A DNA stretch of 61,892 bases, counting the filler. It is 14 parts of 14 records of this genome, joined end to end, with 100 filler letters (N's around TTAATTAATTAA, not from the genome) between each part and the next. Parts side by side here need not be neighbours in the genome. Positions count along the whole stretch, not along the records: positions 34,941 to 39,265 come from SRR15195285_3479; positions 39,366 to 43,305 come from SRR15195285_3491; positions 43,406 to 48,166 come from SRR15195285_3496; 11 more parts are not named here. One strand, written 5' to 3'. The notes beneath the pieces are model-generated. The model saw only the letters and a list, made by a program, of their open reading frames with translations, had not been told where the DNA came from and searched no databases. The stretch's first letter is position 1. Each line of letters starts with the position of its first letter. A program made the translations under genes and the position numbers. Positions 38,201 to 48,266 of this stretch are shown piece by piece.

Positions 38201-38545
38201 GCTAATGTGCTGAAAGGACTGGTTGACTTCCAGATCTTCGTCTCCTTCCTGTGCGCGTTCATACTCCGAGTTCTCGCTGCAGTCCCAACCTTTGAGTCAC
38301 TCGGCACGCACTTTTATGGCGATCTACTGGTGGCATCCTTCGTGGTGGTCCTCATCGCTGCTGTGATATTGTGTGTACACCAAGTGCGCCGCAACCGCAG
38401 ACACCTGCAGCGCTCGCTGTCAAGATCGCTCTCAGGCGTTGACTCCCCGCTCGGGCGGGCTCTGCGCAGCTCGCTGGTCGGCACAGATGCTGGCGCAGAG
38501 CTGTTTTCGCAGGTTGGCGACGATAGCGATGAGGTGTGCTCATGA
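35229..38545 (+). CDS. LRR, Cys-rich, multi-pass (about 7 TM) receptor-like protein
   Basis: Signal/anchor exon from 35229 then a GTGAGT intron; LRRNT DPC..SWRGISC; plant-type LRRs (LHLQNTLLRGTLP, LSGTLP, LQGAIP); CxxC repeats; TM block LEADYTIMC...WPFGIP...YRPEVFWFEPVDMVRKL...QPY. Confidence 0.8.
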
Positions 38546-38883
38546 GCATGGTGTGGGATGGCTGCAGCACATAGTAATGCAGTTTTAGTATACATGACCA
38601 CGCGTCGAGAGTTGCTGCTCGAGGCAAGCTCGAGGCACCAGTTTGATGTTCCAACGTCGTAGATACTTCTTTCGCCGGTGCGAGCCACGCCTCGGGTCAC
38701 CCCCTTGGCACCAGCTTCATGCACCCCGAGTTTCAGAAGAGAGCCTGCAATATTTCACAGCCGACGATTCTCAGATGGGTTGTTACACCTATCGCAACCA
38801 TATCACAGCAGTGAGTCAGTGACAGCTCAGCTCCTGATTGGTATGGGTGTGTTTGCGTCTCCGAGCCAAGCAGCTGCCAGCCC

Positions 38884-39265
38884 TCATCGTCGCACCTTGC
38901 GTCGCTTGCGTGCAGAGTTGGCCTCGGCAGGCTGCACTCGCTGCGGCGTTGGTCGCGACTTCACTCGTTCAGCAACGCCAAGCTCTGTGGCGATCCGTTG
39001 GCGGTACCACGTACCCTGTTGCTTGTGGAAGTTTTGGTGAGCCTGGTCCACTTGTTTGTACGACTGTTTAGGAACCAGCGCGTGCACTTTCTGTTTTTGC
39101 GAGTGTGTGAGCCTGGTTAAAAATGGGGAAGATGATGACACTGGGGTATCCCCATTTTTGGCGACCAAATCGTCAGGATCAAGGTGCTGATATGTTGCAA
39201 TGACCGCCGACAGGGCAGGTCCCAGCGAAACACCCATTTGCAGACTCTTTTGAAGCTCAGCTTGT
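38884..39265 (-). CDS. 3' fragment of an unknown protein
   Basis: Frame is open from the contig edge to the stop at 38884, with a basic C-terminus RKRRKVRR. Confidence 0.35.
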
Positions 39266-39786
39266 NNNNNNNNNNNNNNNNNNNNNNNNNNNNNNNNNNN
39301 NNNNNNNNNTTAATTAATTAANNNNNNNNNNNNNNNNNNNNNNNNNNNNNNNNNNNNNNNNNNNNTTCGAGTAATGTATCTGATTCTGATTCTGAATCCG
39401 GCACCGGCGCGGCGGGCACCGTTCGTTCCGTGGACCGTGCTCCCCGTCATTCGACCGCGCGCACGCAACCGCGCATCGGTACAGTACTCGAAGTACGCGG
39501 CGGCCGGTAGCGGTGCGTACCTCCGTACCATTGATTGTATCGGTGCGTGGTAGCCACGCGCGAGCGCCGCAGAGTTGGCAGTTGCGCAACTGCTGTGGCG
39601 CCAATGGTTCGGCGGTGGCAGCTCTGTAGTGACAAGGGGCCACTGCCTGTCACCTTTGCCTAGCCTGCCGCCGCTCCACATTATACGGGGCTTAATCCTT
39701 GCTCGGACTGAAGGGACAGCAGCGACTGACCATCTGAAGTCAGTTCGCACTGCCGCACTGGTTGACTGGTTCCGCCGCCACTTGGC

Positions 39787-41109
39787 ATGCCGTGTGTTTC
39801 GCACGCCGAAGCTGAGTGGGCAGCAGCCAAAAAAGCGTGGGGGGATATGGAGGCAGAGCTAGACGCGAGTCCGTCAGCTGAAAAGCCAGTAAGCAGCGCC
39901 AAGGCTGCAGAGCCGGTCTGGAGCTCGCCGGCCCGGGCGTGCGATGGAGCATCGACCGCCCATCCAACGCTATCCTACAAGGATCTTCTCCAGAGACCAG
40001 CGGCTGCGGTGGCTATGTTAGAATCGAGTGGATATATGGTGGTTACGGATGTGTGCAGCAAAGCTGAGGCGTTGTGTCATCTGGACGCCATCTCCCGAGA
40101 GCACGACAGCGCGTTGCTGATGGAACACCGCCTTGGAGCAGCAGTTGCGGTGCCTGGGGCCAAAGGATGCTCGCTGCTAAAGCGTCATGGATTTGCATAC
40201 ATGAAATCTGTGCAAGACTGCCGGACAACGATTGGTAAGGACAGAGTCGCAAAAGTATTCGCAGCGCTTCTCAGCACCGGCGGTACGTCGGTGGGCGCTG
40301 AAGAGTTGGTCATGAGCTGCGACGCGATTGCGTGGGCGGTGAACGGCGTCACAGCTACGCGTATGGGAGTGACAAAAGAATTGCGGGAAAATGCACACAC
40401 CAAGTGGCTGGCTGACAGGCAGCACGGCTCTACCCTGCGTATGCACACGGATATTGTGCCGGGTTCAAAGGGAGATAGGTATCAGCAGCAGCTTGGCAAG
40501 GCTGGGTTTCTGGGCAAGAGTCTCCAATCGTGCCTCAATTTGATGGAGACAACGGTATCATCACCTACATTCGTATGCGCGGAGATGAACTCAAAAGAGC
40601 TGGCCGAGCTGCAGAAACGCATTAGGACGGATGGTTCGAAGGACTTGTACTCACTCACACCACGTGACATTTCAGACTTCAAGATTTGCGAGCGCTTTCG
40701 TTACGTGGATGTTCCAGCAGGCTCACTAACGCTGTGGAAGAGCGAACTGCCGCATTCGAACTCGCGGGGGGATCCCCGCGCACACAAGAATCTGCCTCCG
40801 AGCGAGCCATCGCGTTGTGGTGTGATGATGTGTTTTGGGCCCCGCGTGCTGCAAAACGAACAAGAGCTGTCGAAAAAGTTGGCAATGGCAGCGAAGGGCT
40901 GGTCGCATGATCACTGGCCGTGCCACGCGAGCGGGAACGGCAACAACTTTCGTGGCCTCGGATCCAATTTCAACAAGTTCAAGGACAGCGCGGCCGTTGC
41001 GTTGACCAATGCACAACAGCGTTTACTCGGGAGCCGCAAGCGTGAAGCTGACACGCACCAGACGGACGGATGCTCAAACAAGTCGCGGCGCTGTCAACAG
41101 AAGCAGTAA
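39787..41109 (+). CDS. Phytanoyl-CoA dioxygenase (PhyH)-like 2OG-Fe(II) oxygenase, intronless
   Basis: HxD (MHTD), LQSCLNL, VPAGSLTLWKSELPH (distal His), R-x-x-x-M-M-C-F-G-P-R, and terminal HWP. Confidence 0.72.
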   Translation: MPCVSHAEAEWAAAKKAWGDMEAELDASPSAEKPVSSAKAAEPVWSSPARACDGASTAHPTLSYKDLLQRPAAAVAMLESSGYMVVTDVCSKAEALCHLDAISREHDSALLMEHRLGAAVAVPGAKGCSLLKRHGFAYMKSVQDCRTTIGKDRVAKVFAALLSTGGTSVGAEELVMSCDAIAWAVNGVTATRMGVTKELRENAHTKWLADRQHGSTLRMHTDIVPGSKGDRYQQQLGKAGFLGKSLQSCLNLMETTVSSPTFVCAEMNSKELAELQKRIRTDGSKDLYSLTPRDISDFKICERFRYVDVPAGSLTLWKSELPHSNSRGDPRAHKNLPPSEPSRCGVMMCFGPRVLQNEQELSKKLAMAAKGWSHDHWPCHASGNGNNFRGLGSNFNKFKDSAAVALTNAQQRLLGSRKREADTHQTDGCSNKSRRCQQKQ

Positions 41110-41181
41110 AACGCGAGTTTACAGACTACTCTCTCCCTGCACAGTATGTTTTAAACGCCTAACCCACCTAGAGTCTACGAA

Positions 41182-43068
41182 CTACGTGATCAGATGGGTC
41201 GAAGCGCTCGCAGTGCCACTGTCAGTAGGCGTCGTGGAGTGCCAGAGCCCTGCCTCACGATGCTGATGTGCTTCGAAGGACTCGAACCCCTTGAACTTCT
41301 GTGCCACCCACTTGTTGCCCGCGAGCACAGGGCACGTATAGTGCCACATGTCAGTGTCCATCAAACCATCTGCGTGCCGGTTGTAGAAGAGGACACCTAG
41401 TCCCTGCTTCGGCTTGACCGACAAGCCTCCACCTCCTCTCCATTTGCCGACTCGGCCTGGCGGGTCTCCCCTGTCCGCCCCGAAACACCAAGGCCAACAA
41501 CGCACGACGATAGCATCAAGGTGTCAGAGTGAATTGCCACGCAAAGACAAGGAAGCCAGCCTCGCGAAATTTTAGTTGTTGCTATTCTGCACTGTGTTGC
41601 ACTGCGCTACTGTGTCATCAGGACAGTATGTTGTCTCTCACCTGCCGATACTTGACGCACACATGAGCTTCGTCGTAAGATACGCAGAGACTTCTCGCGC
41701 GTCCGCTGTCAGCAAGGAGGTGAGCTCAGCAACAGACAAGCTACCATCGCTGTCGAGATCAGCCAAAGCATGTAGCGCGGTGATGTCGGACGGCGAATGC
41801 GCAGCAGGCTCTGGGTCTGGCGCTGTCTGAGCGTTGCTAGAGAAAACTGCGCGCAGAGCCTGCACTGCAATATGTCCTTCCACTGCCTCTGGATCTTGTA
41901 CCTGTTGCGGCCCTGCATCAAGCCACTCCCGAAATCCTGCTTCGCTGAGCCGATACTCGTCGTAACCTCCCTTTTCTTCGGCCGAGTGGAGCTCGTCCAT
42001 GGCGGGGTGGATGGCGTTGCCGTAGACCTTTGCAGCTTCAACCGCTGCATCCCATATTGCTCCACCAGTGGTGGCGTTCCATGGCCCGCCACGCCGCACC
42101 GTAGGAAGGTCTGCTAATTGTGGCCCAATATAGAACGCGTTTGACACGCGCGCAAGCGCCTCGTGCGACAGGCTCCAAAATAGATTCGAATTGGTGCCGA
42201 TCCATGGAAAGACCGTTTCGCCGCCCTCTTCTACGTCCGTGAGGTAAATGATAAGCGTTGCTATACGAGTCGGCATCGGATTGAAGTCATGATGAAGCGC
42301 TGCCGGGCTGGATGTCTGTGCGGACCACGCAACCTTATCCCGGCCCTGGTGAGTTAGTTGCAGTCTAGTATCCGTTGGGTTGTACGGCAGGCCGACTAGA
42401 TGGCTGACACGCTCTTCTACAGCTGCGACAATCGCGGCGTCCTCAGGGGACACGTGTGTTGCGTTGTAGTTGCGATCGGCGTAGTTCACCGTCAGTCTGG
42501 ATTTGTAGTGCGGACTTGCTGATGGCATCGAAGGCGCGGCCAGTGCAAGACGCATCAATGCCTGGCACTCGCTGCTGGTTAGCAGCTCCGGCAGCAGTGC
42601 AAGGCGACTGCCCGTTGGTGGCTCAACAACCTCCTCAGCCCAGCCACGCCAGCGCTCTGGGTACCAGGCAAAACGCTCCGGCGGCATTGTAGTCGAGGGC
42701 ACAGCGTACATGGCACGGTCCCAAATATCGTGCACCTCCAGCTCGAGTGGCGTCCTCGTGCGTGGGCCAGGCGCCGTCCGAGTTAGAGCTGGCAACAGTG
42801 CTGTCGCGAGTAGCACTGCCAGCCCTGCGGCCAGTGGGATGGCGCCTATGGGTGACGACAGCAGTGTACTGTGCCGTGGAGCCGTTTGCTTGGACTGCAT
42901 TGAAGGCCCTGCTGCGGGAACCTCCTGCTGGTCGCGGCTCATGCTCCACGGACGGATAGGGATCGATCGATCGACTTTCTCGAGCTCATCAAGAGAGCTG
43001 CTCACAGTGCGAGACCGCCGCGCCGGCGGCGGCGCCGCGCGAGTCGTCGTGCGTCCGTCAAAGGACAT
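41182..43068 (-). CDS. Prolyl 4-hydroxylase-like type II membrane protein with an EF-hand-containing insertion, 2 exons
   Basis: N-terminal TM; LLTSSECQAL; HHD; RIATLIIYLTDVEEGGETVFP; LSVKPKQGLGVLFYN; WHYTCPVLAGNKWVAQK. Intron 41471-41641. Start codon uncertain. Confidence 0.85.
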
Positions 43069-43115
43069 CACAGTGCGATTTCGGGGTCGAGAACACTTTT
43101 TATGCCATTCTCCAT

Positions 43116-43209
43116 TGACTGAAAATCTGAAATGACAAATGAGAGTTCATTTGGGCATTATGCCCGGATTCTGGTGGCGTGACAACGGGCATAAGGCGCC
43201 TTATGCCCG
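43116..43209. repeat. Palindromic dispersed repeat (possible MITE or transposon end)
   Basis: Perfect 24-bp palindrome CGGGCATAAGGCGCCTTATGCCCG (43186-43209) and a shorter GGGCATTATGCCC (43153-43165). Shares sequence with 20435-20456 and 58083-58117. Confidence 0.7.
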
Positions 43210-43671
43210 GTTCAAGCGCGGGGACACTTGAGAGCTTGGCCGGGCCGCACAGCAGCACCAACAAGCACTCAAACATTTAACACCCCGTTCGCCTTAGGCG
43301 CACCCNNNNNNNNNNNNNNNNNNNNNNNNNNNNNNNNNNNNNNNNNNNNTTAATTAATTAANNNNNNNNNNNNNNNNNNNNNNNNNNNNNNNNNNNNNNN
43401 NNNNNCAATAAACTGTAATCTGTAATCTGTAATCTTTGAATCTTCAATCTCGGAGCAAGCAAGTGCCCAGGACAGCACAGAGCACTCCGGAGCACGGCAT
43501 GGAGCACGGGAGCGCGAGCACGAGCACCCACCTGCGCGCGCGGTCGTCGTTGGCGGCGGCGGCCCGCGGGCGCGCGGCTCCGCCGCTGTACCGGCGCGGC
43601 GGGTCGGTACCCCGCGCAGATCTATCGCCTTCGTCACACCGCGCTCCTCTTCCTGCAGTCCGCTGTTTGCG

Positions 43672-46119
43672 ATGCTCGTCACAGTGTTCCTCGCCGCGTA
43701 TGCGGCCGGTCCAGATATGGGCCCGACGTTCGGCGCGGACTACGCCGGGGGTGACTACAACGTCACGTCGTGGAACACGCCGAAGAGCGGGGCGGCCAAC
43801 AACTACAAGGCCTCCGCCCTCGCGTGCGAAGCGTACTGCAACGCGGACCCGAAGTGCTGCGCGTGGACCTGTGAGTTCTCTGCTGCAAGCCAACCCGCGG
43901 GCCTGCTCCGTTTGCAAGTGTATGCGGCGCCGTTCCGTTGACGCCGCGTTGCGCCATGCCGCTGTCAGACTGCCCGCCTGGTTCTGGTGAAGAGGAGGTG
44001 GAGCCCTTCGCCGTGTCCAAGGTCGATGGATGGGTCGACGCTCCGCTCAGCGAAGCTACTCTCGGCGAACGCTGCTGCCTCAAAGCCCACGTACCGAAGG
44101 AAAACAAAGGAAGCAAGCACTGGACCGGTCTGGCACCACGTGCCGTGAAGGACGGCAAGATCACCAAGCAGTGCGTCGGCCCTCCCCCCCCGCCGCCCGC
44201 ACCTCCCGTTGATCCGGAATGTAAGACCTGGGACGGCAAGTGCGTCGCGCCATACCCTGGCAACGAGTGGCAGCACCCGAAGATCCACCAGTCCCCCGAC
44301 TGCCTGCACCTGGGTGGGTGGCACGACATGGCCGGCGCGCTGACATTCGATGGCGTGAACGGCCTCGAGCATCACGCGTTCCAAGGATGCCCAGGGTCGC
44401 AAGGCTGGTCGCACTCAGCCTCCAAAGATCTCGTCCACTGGGAGGACCGTGGTCGCCACGTCCACATGATCCACGAGACGTACGAAGGAATGGATTCCAC
44501 TTCGTGCGGACCGTGCTCCGGCTTTGTCTCAGTGGATGACGAAGGCACCCCGTGCGCGGGATTCCGTCAGTGTGGCTCGACCAAGGGCGCGACCGGGCTC
44601 AACCCGGCTGCACACGCCTGGGACGTGCCCATGGAGGTCCGCTGTGCCGAAAACCTCAATACTACGGGCTCGAACCTGACCGAGTGGAGCGACCCGATCT
44701 GGATCTACCAGGCGTATTTCTACCGCGGCCTTCCGTACGATCCGGTGCGCCCATGGAAGGACACCGACGGAAAATGGTGCGTAGCAACTCACTGCAGTAG
44801 TCATGTGCACGCTGTTGCTGATCTGTCTCCTTTGCTTGTCGATTTCAGGTACTCTGCATGGTCCACCGATGGCTGCAATGGAACCAACCAGTGGGGCCCG
44901 ACACCTGCCTCGAACCTCAAGAAGGTGCCGTGCAAGCCAGGTGGCCAGCTCGAGCTCCTTGTCTCTGATGCGCTGCACGGACCCAAGGCCAACTGGAAGC
45001 AGCTTCCACCACTGTTCACGACTAATGTTACCAAGTCTGGCATGGCATCGAGCCCAGGTGCCATCACCCGCGAATTCGTGACGTCGGGATACTTCGGTGG
45101 CCTCGCTGGCGACCCCGACGGCGGCAAAACCCGCGTCGTGACGCAGAACAACGCTGGCCCGACATATTGGGTAGGAAAGCAGGAAGCTGGAGGCCAGTTC
45201 AACGCCTACTGGGACAAGGTGAGATAGGAGCTGCTGAACATCTGTCTACAGCGCCTGGTGCTACATCTCATGTCAGCCGGCCAGGTTGCAGTGACCTAAT
45301 GAGCAACTGCTGCATTGCGTGTTTGTCTCGTCCACAGGTCGGAGCAGTCGGACACTACGACTACGGCTCGCTCACTATGGCGCGCACTCTTGGCAGTGAC
45401 CCGAACCAGGTCGCTGAAAACGGACGTCGTGTTCTGCTTGGTTGGATCGGTGGTGGGGCGCCGGCCTCGCAGTCACTGGCGCGTGACCTCACACTGTCCT
45501 CCGAGTATGAGCTGCTCCAAGCCTTCGTCCCAGAACTCCTCGTGCTCCGCCAGCCAGCCAGCTTCGAAGCTACCTCTGTGGAAGAGGAGGAGGAGAGCCT
45601 TTCAGTGCCACACAGCAAAGGGTCGCTGCAGCTGGAAGTAGTGGCGACGTTTTCTTGGACTACTACTCCTTCTGCTCCATTTGGGGTGTCGGTGCTTGGT
45701 GGAACTTCCAAGATGACGATCGACTGCGCTGGCAAAGACCCAAGCGCCCCGAATGGCTGCATGGTGGGTGTCGATGGTAAAATGGGTCCGCTTATGCCCA
45801 TCGGCACGAAGTCCGTCACACTGCACTCCATCGTTGATCACGAGAGTAAGTTGCGACCGCTCACGCGACAGTGCCACTCTTCGTGCTTGCGTGCTCTTAT
45901 AGCTAGAGCGGTCCCTCCCTAGCTAACGATGTTGACCTGTGCCGGCTCGCAGTCATCGAGAGCATTTACAACAACAGGACTGCGATGGTCACCTACAACA
46001 AGAAAATTCCGTCCGCGACCAGCACTGAGGTCGAGCTTTGGGGCACGGGCGCGGGGATCAAGGCGAATCTGCAGACGTGGTCGCTCGACGCAGCGAACAA
46101 CCTGGGTCCGCAGCCGTGA
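43672..46119 (+). CDS. Divergent glycoside hydrolase family 32 (five-bladed beta-propeller) with an N-terminal PAN/apple-like module, 5 exons
   Basis: Signal peptide; CEAYCNADPKCCAWT|Y; HPKIH...GWHDMAG; WSHSASKDLVHW; CSG; YDP; YDYG; GRRVLLGWI; QSLARDL; LQAFVPEL; VDH.IIE. Four GT-AG introns. Confidence 0.8.
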
Positions 46120-46285
46120 GGATTCCGAAAGCGCTCCGCACGAAGACGCGCGGATCACAGGACTACGACCTGCGTGCTAGTGGAAGCTTATGCGAATGTG
46201 GTTGAGGCCGGTTGTGGTGCATGCAAATGCCGTATCTGAACGAAGCATACAACCGTTCGATAGAATTGCATTGCGATCCGCCAAC

Positions 46286-47513
46286 TCACGGACTGGGGGC
46301 ATCAGCCTCCGTTGCCGTCGGCGAGATCTCGTGAAGCGCTCGCTCGTCTCCAGTGCCCGCATCTCTGGGCGGTTGCTCCTCATCAGTCGACTCCCAGCGT
46401 GTGACGGCGAAGCCATGCGCGCCAACGCTCGAGTTGTCGACATCGGAGTCAGGTGTGCCCGGCAAATTGGGAGGATAGGTGCCATCACGCACAGCAACCG
46501 GTGCGGCTGGAACCAGACCCGTCAGCCCAGCTTTGCACAATTCGCAGTCGTCGAAGTCGGTGGGCGTCGCTTTGGGTTGGTTCGCCCACGGATCGTCCAG
46601 CTTCCCGGCTGCGTTCTGGACACCAGCTTCGCCTCCGCGGGAGCACGTGTAGCAGCCAACGATCAGCATCGACATTAGACCGACAGCACACAAGATCGCT
46701 GCCACCATCACCTTCGGATCCAAGACGATATGCTCTTGCTCCTTGTCTGTCTCGTAGGCTGCCGCATGGTCACAGCGGTTTACGCCGGAGCGCATTCCAA
46801 CTCCACCTTCTGCCGCGCAATGCGGGGAGTGCTGGGCGATGGCTTCCTCGTCTCCGTCGATGTACTGGCACATGCCTGGCACGTCGTCTAGGTAGCTGAG
46901 ACCCTTGATGTCGTACACTTGAACACCCTGGTTGCCATACTGCTGCGCGAACCATTGAGCCGCTGGTTCAGACTCCCATGGATCGTTCCAGCAGTAGAAG
47001 GCTACGGTCGTGATGTTCTGGGTCGCGAGTCGCTCCGGATCAAACTGGGTCGCGTCGGGCATGTGCTCGCCTCCAGCCAGGCGCCAGTTGTCGTAGTAGT
47101 GGTGAGAGCGGACGTCAAAGATGACGTCGAACTCACAGCCGTCGAGTTTGCGGATGATTTCTTGCTGGTCGTTCGGGTCGCGTGGGTCCTGTCATGCAGG
47201 CGACGGCGATCAGCTCGGCACGACACCTGGCACCCGCCAGCTGGATCTTGCGCCCGCCCGCAGGCTACACCGCACGCAGTTCGGGCGCGTGTGCGGCAAG
47301 CCATTGGCAGCGTAGTGGTATGTGTCTACCCGGAGAGCGAGCCGTTGCCGGTGCAAGCGCAGCGAGCAGTCGCATGGTCCAGTGGCATCGATGCGGCCGA
47401 GGCTTCCTTACCAGTTCAATCGGCACTCCCATCGACGCCGGCGGCTGGCCCACCACATCCCCAACCAACACAAACACCGCCGCCACCATCGCCGACCCTC
47501 CGCTCAACATCAT
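46286..47513 (-). CDS. Rhodanese-domain type I membrane protein, 2 exons
   Basis: Signal peptide; intron 47189-47411; FDVIFDVRS, EHMPDA, VAFYCWNDP, VYDIKG; one TM (VMVAAILCAVGLMSMLIVGC); acidic tail. Confidence 0.7.
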
Positions 47514-47983
47514 TCCGCACTACAGTAGATCGCCAGATACCTGTGACGCCGCGGTGTAGCAGCGTAGCAGTAGCGCCACCACCTGTAGATCGGCCACGTC
47601 CGCCTTGCCGATCCGGCGATCCCGACCGCGCGCCGTACGTATATCGGCGGCGATGTCGCGCGCGCGGCTCTCCGGAGCCAAACGAACCATTCACTTCTGG
47701 TACCTGAATCGGTGACTGGCCGATAAGTCTCGTTGATCAAATGACTGCACGATATACACAAGAAAACCCGAGACTTCTTGTCGGTTGATCTTCATGCATC
47801 TTGCATGGATTACCGCGGTACAGCTGTAAGCGTCAACCCGTCGAAGCGCTGACGGCCCTGCCTGTGGTTCCCAAACTGTTGAGATTGAGCATTGCTTGTA
47901 ACGACCCTGATTTCAAAACCTGCATTGGATCAAGTTGATTGGATGTGTGGCTCTCAGAGCGCGTCATTCATGCATGAATTCAT

Positions 47984-48135
47984 CAGTACAGTGTACACAA
48001 GTAGGTACCATGCAGTACTACCGGTAGATCTAGCTACATGTAGCTACTAGCTAGCTACGGTACTATTATAGTAGCTAGATCTCAGAGTACCGAGTACATG
48101 TACAGTACTTGTACATTCGAATGGTTCACAAGTAC
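47984..48135. promoter_or_regulatory. Palindrome-dense upstream/intergenic tract
   Basis: CTACCGGTAG, TAGCTACATGTAGCTA, GTACATGTAC and CATTCGAATG are packed upstream of the rhodanese gene. The regulatory role is inferred. Confidence 0.4.
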
Positions 48136-48266
48136 AACCAGTCAAATCCTGCCGTATCGGCTAGAGNNNNNNNNNNNNNNNNNNNNNNNNNNNNNNNNNN
48201 NNNNNNNNNNTTAATTAATTAANNNNNNNNNNNNNNNNNNNNNNNNNNNNNNNNNNNNNNNNNNNN

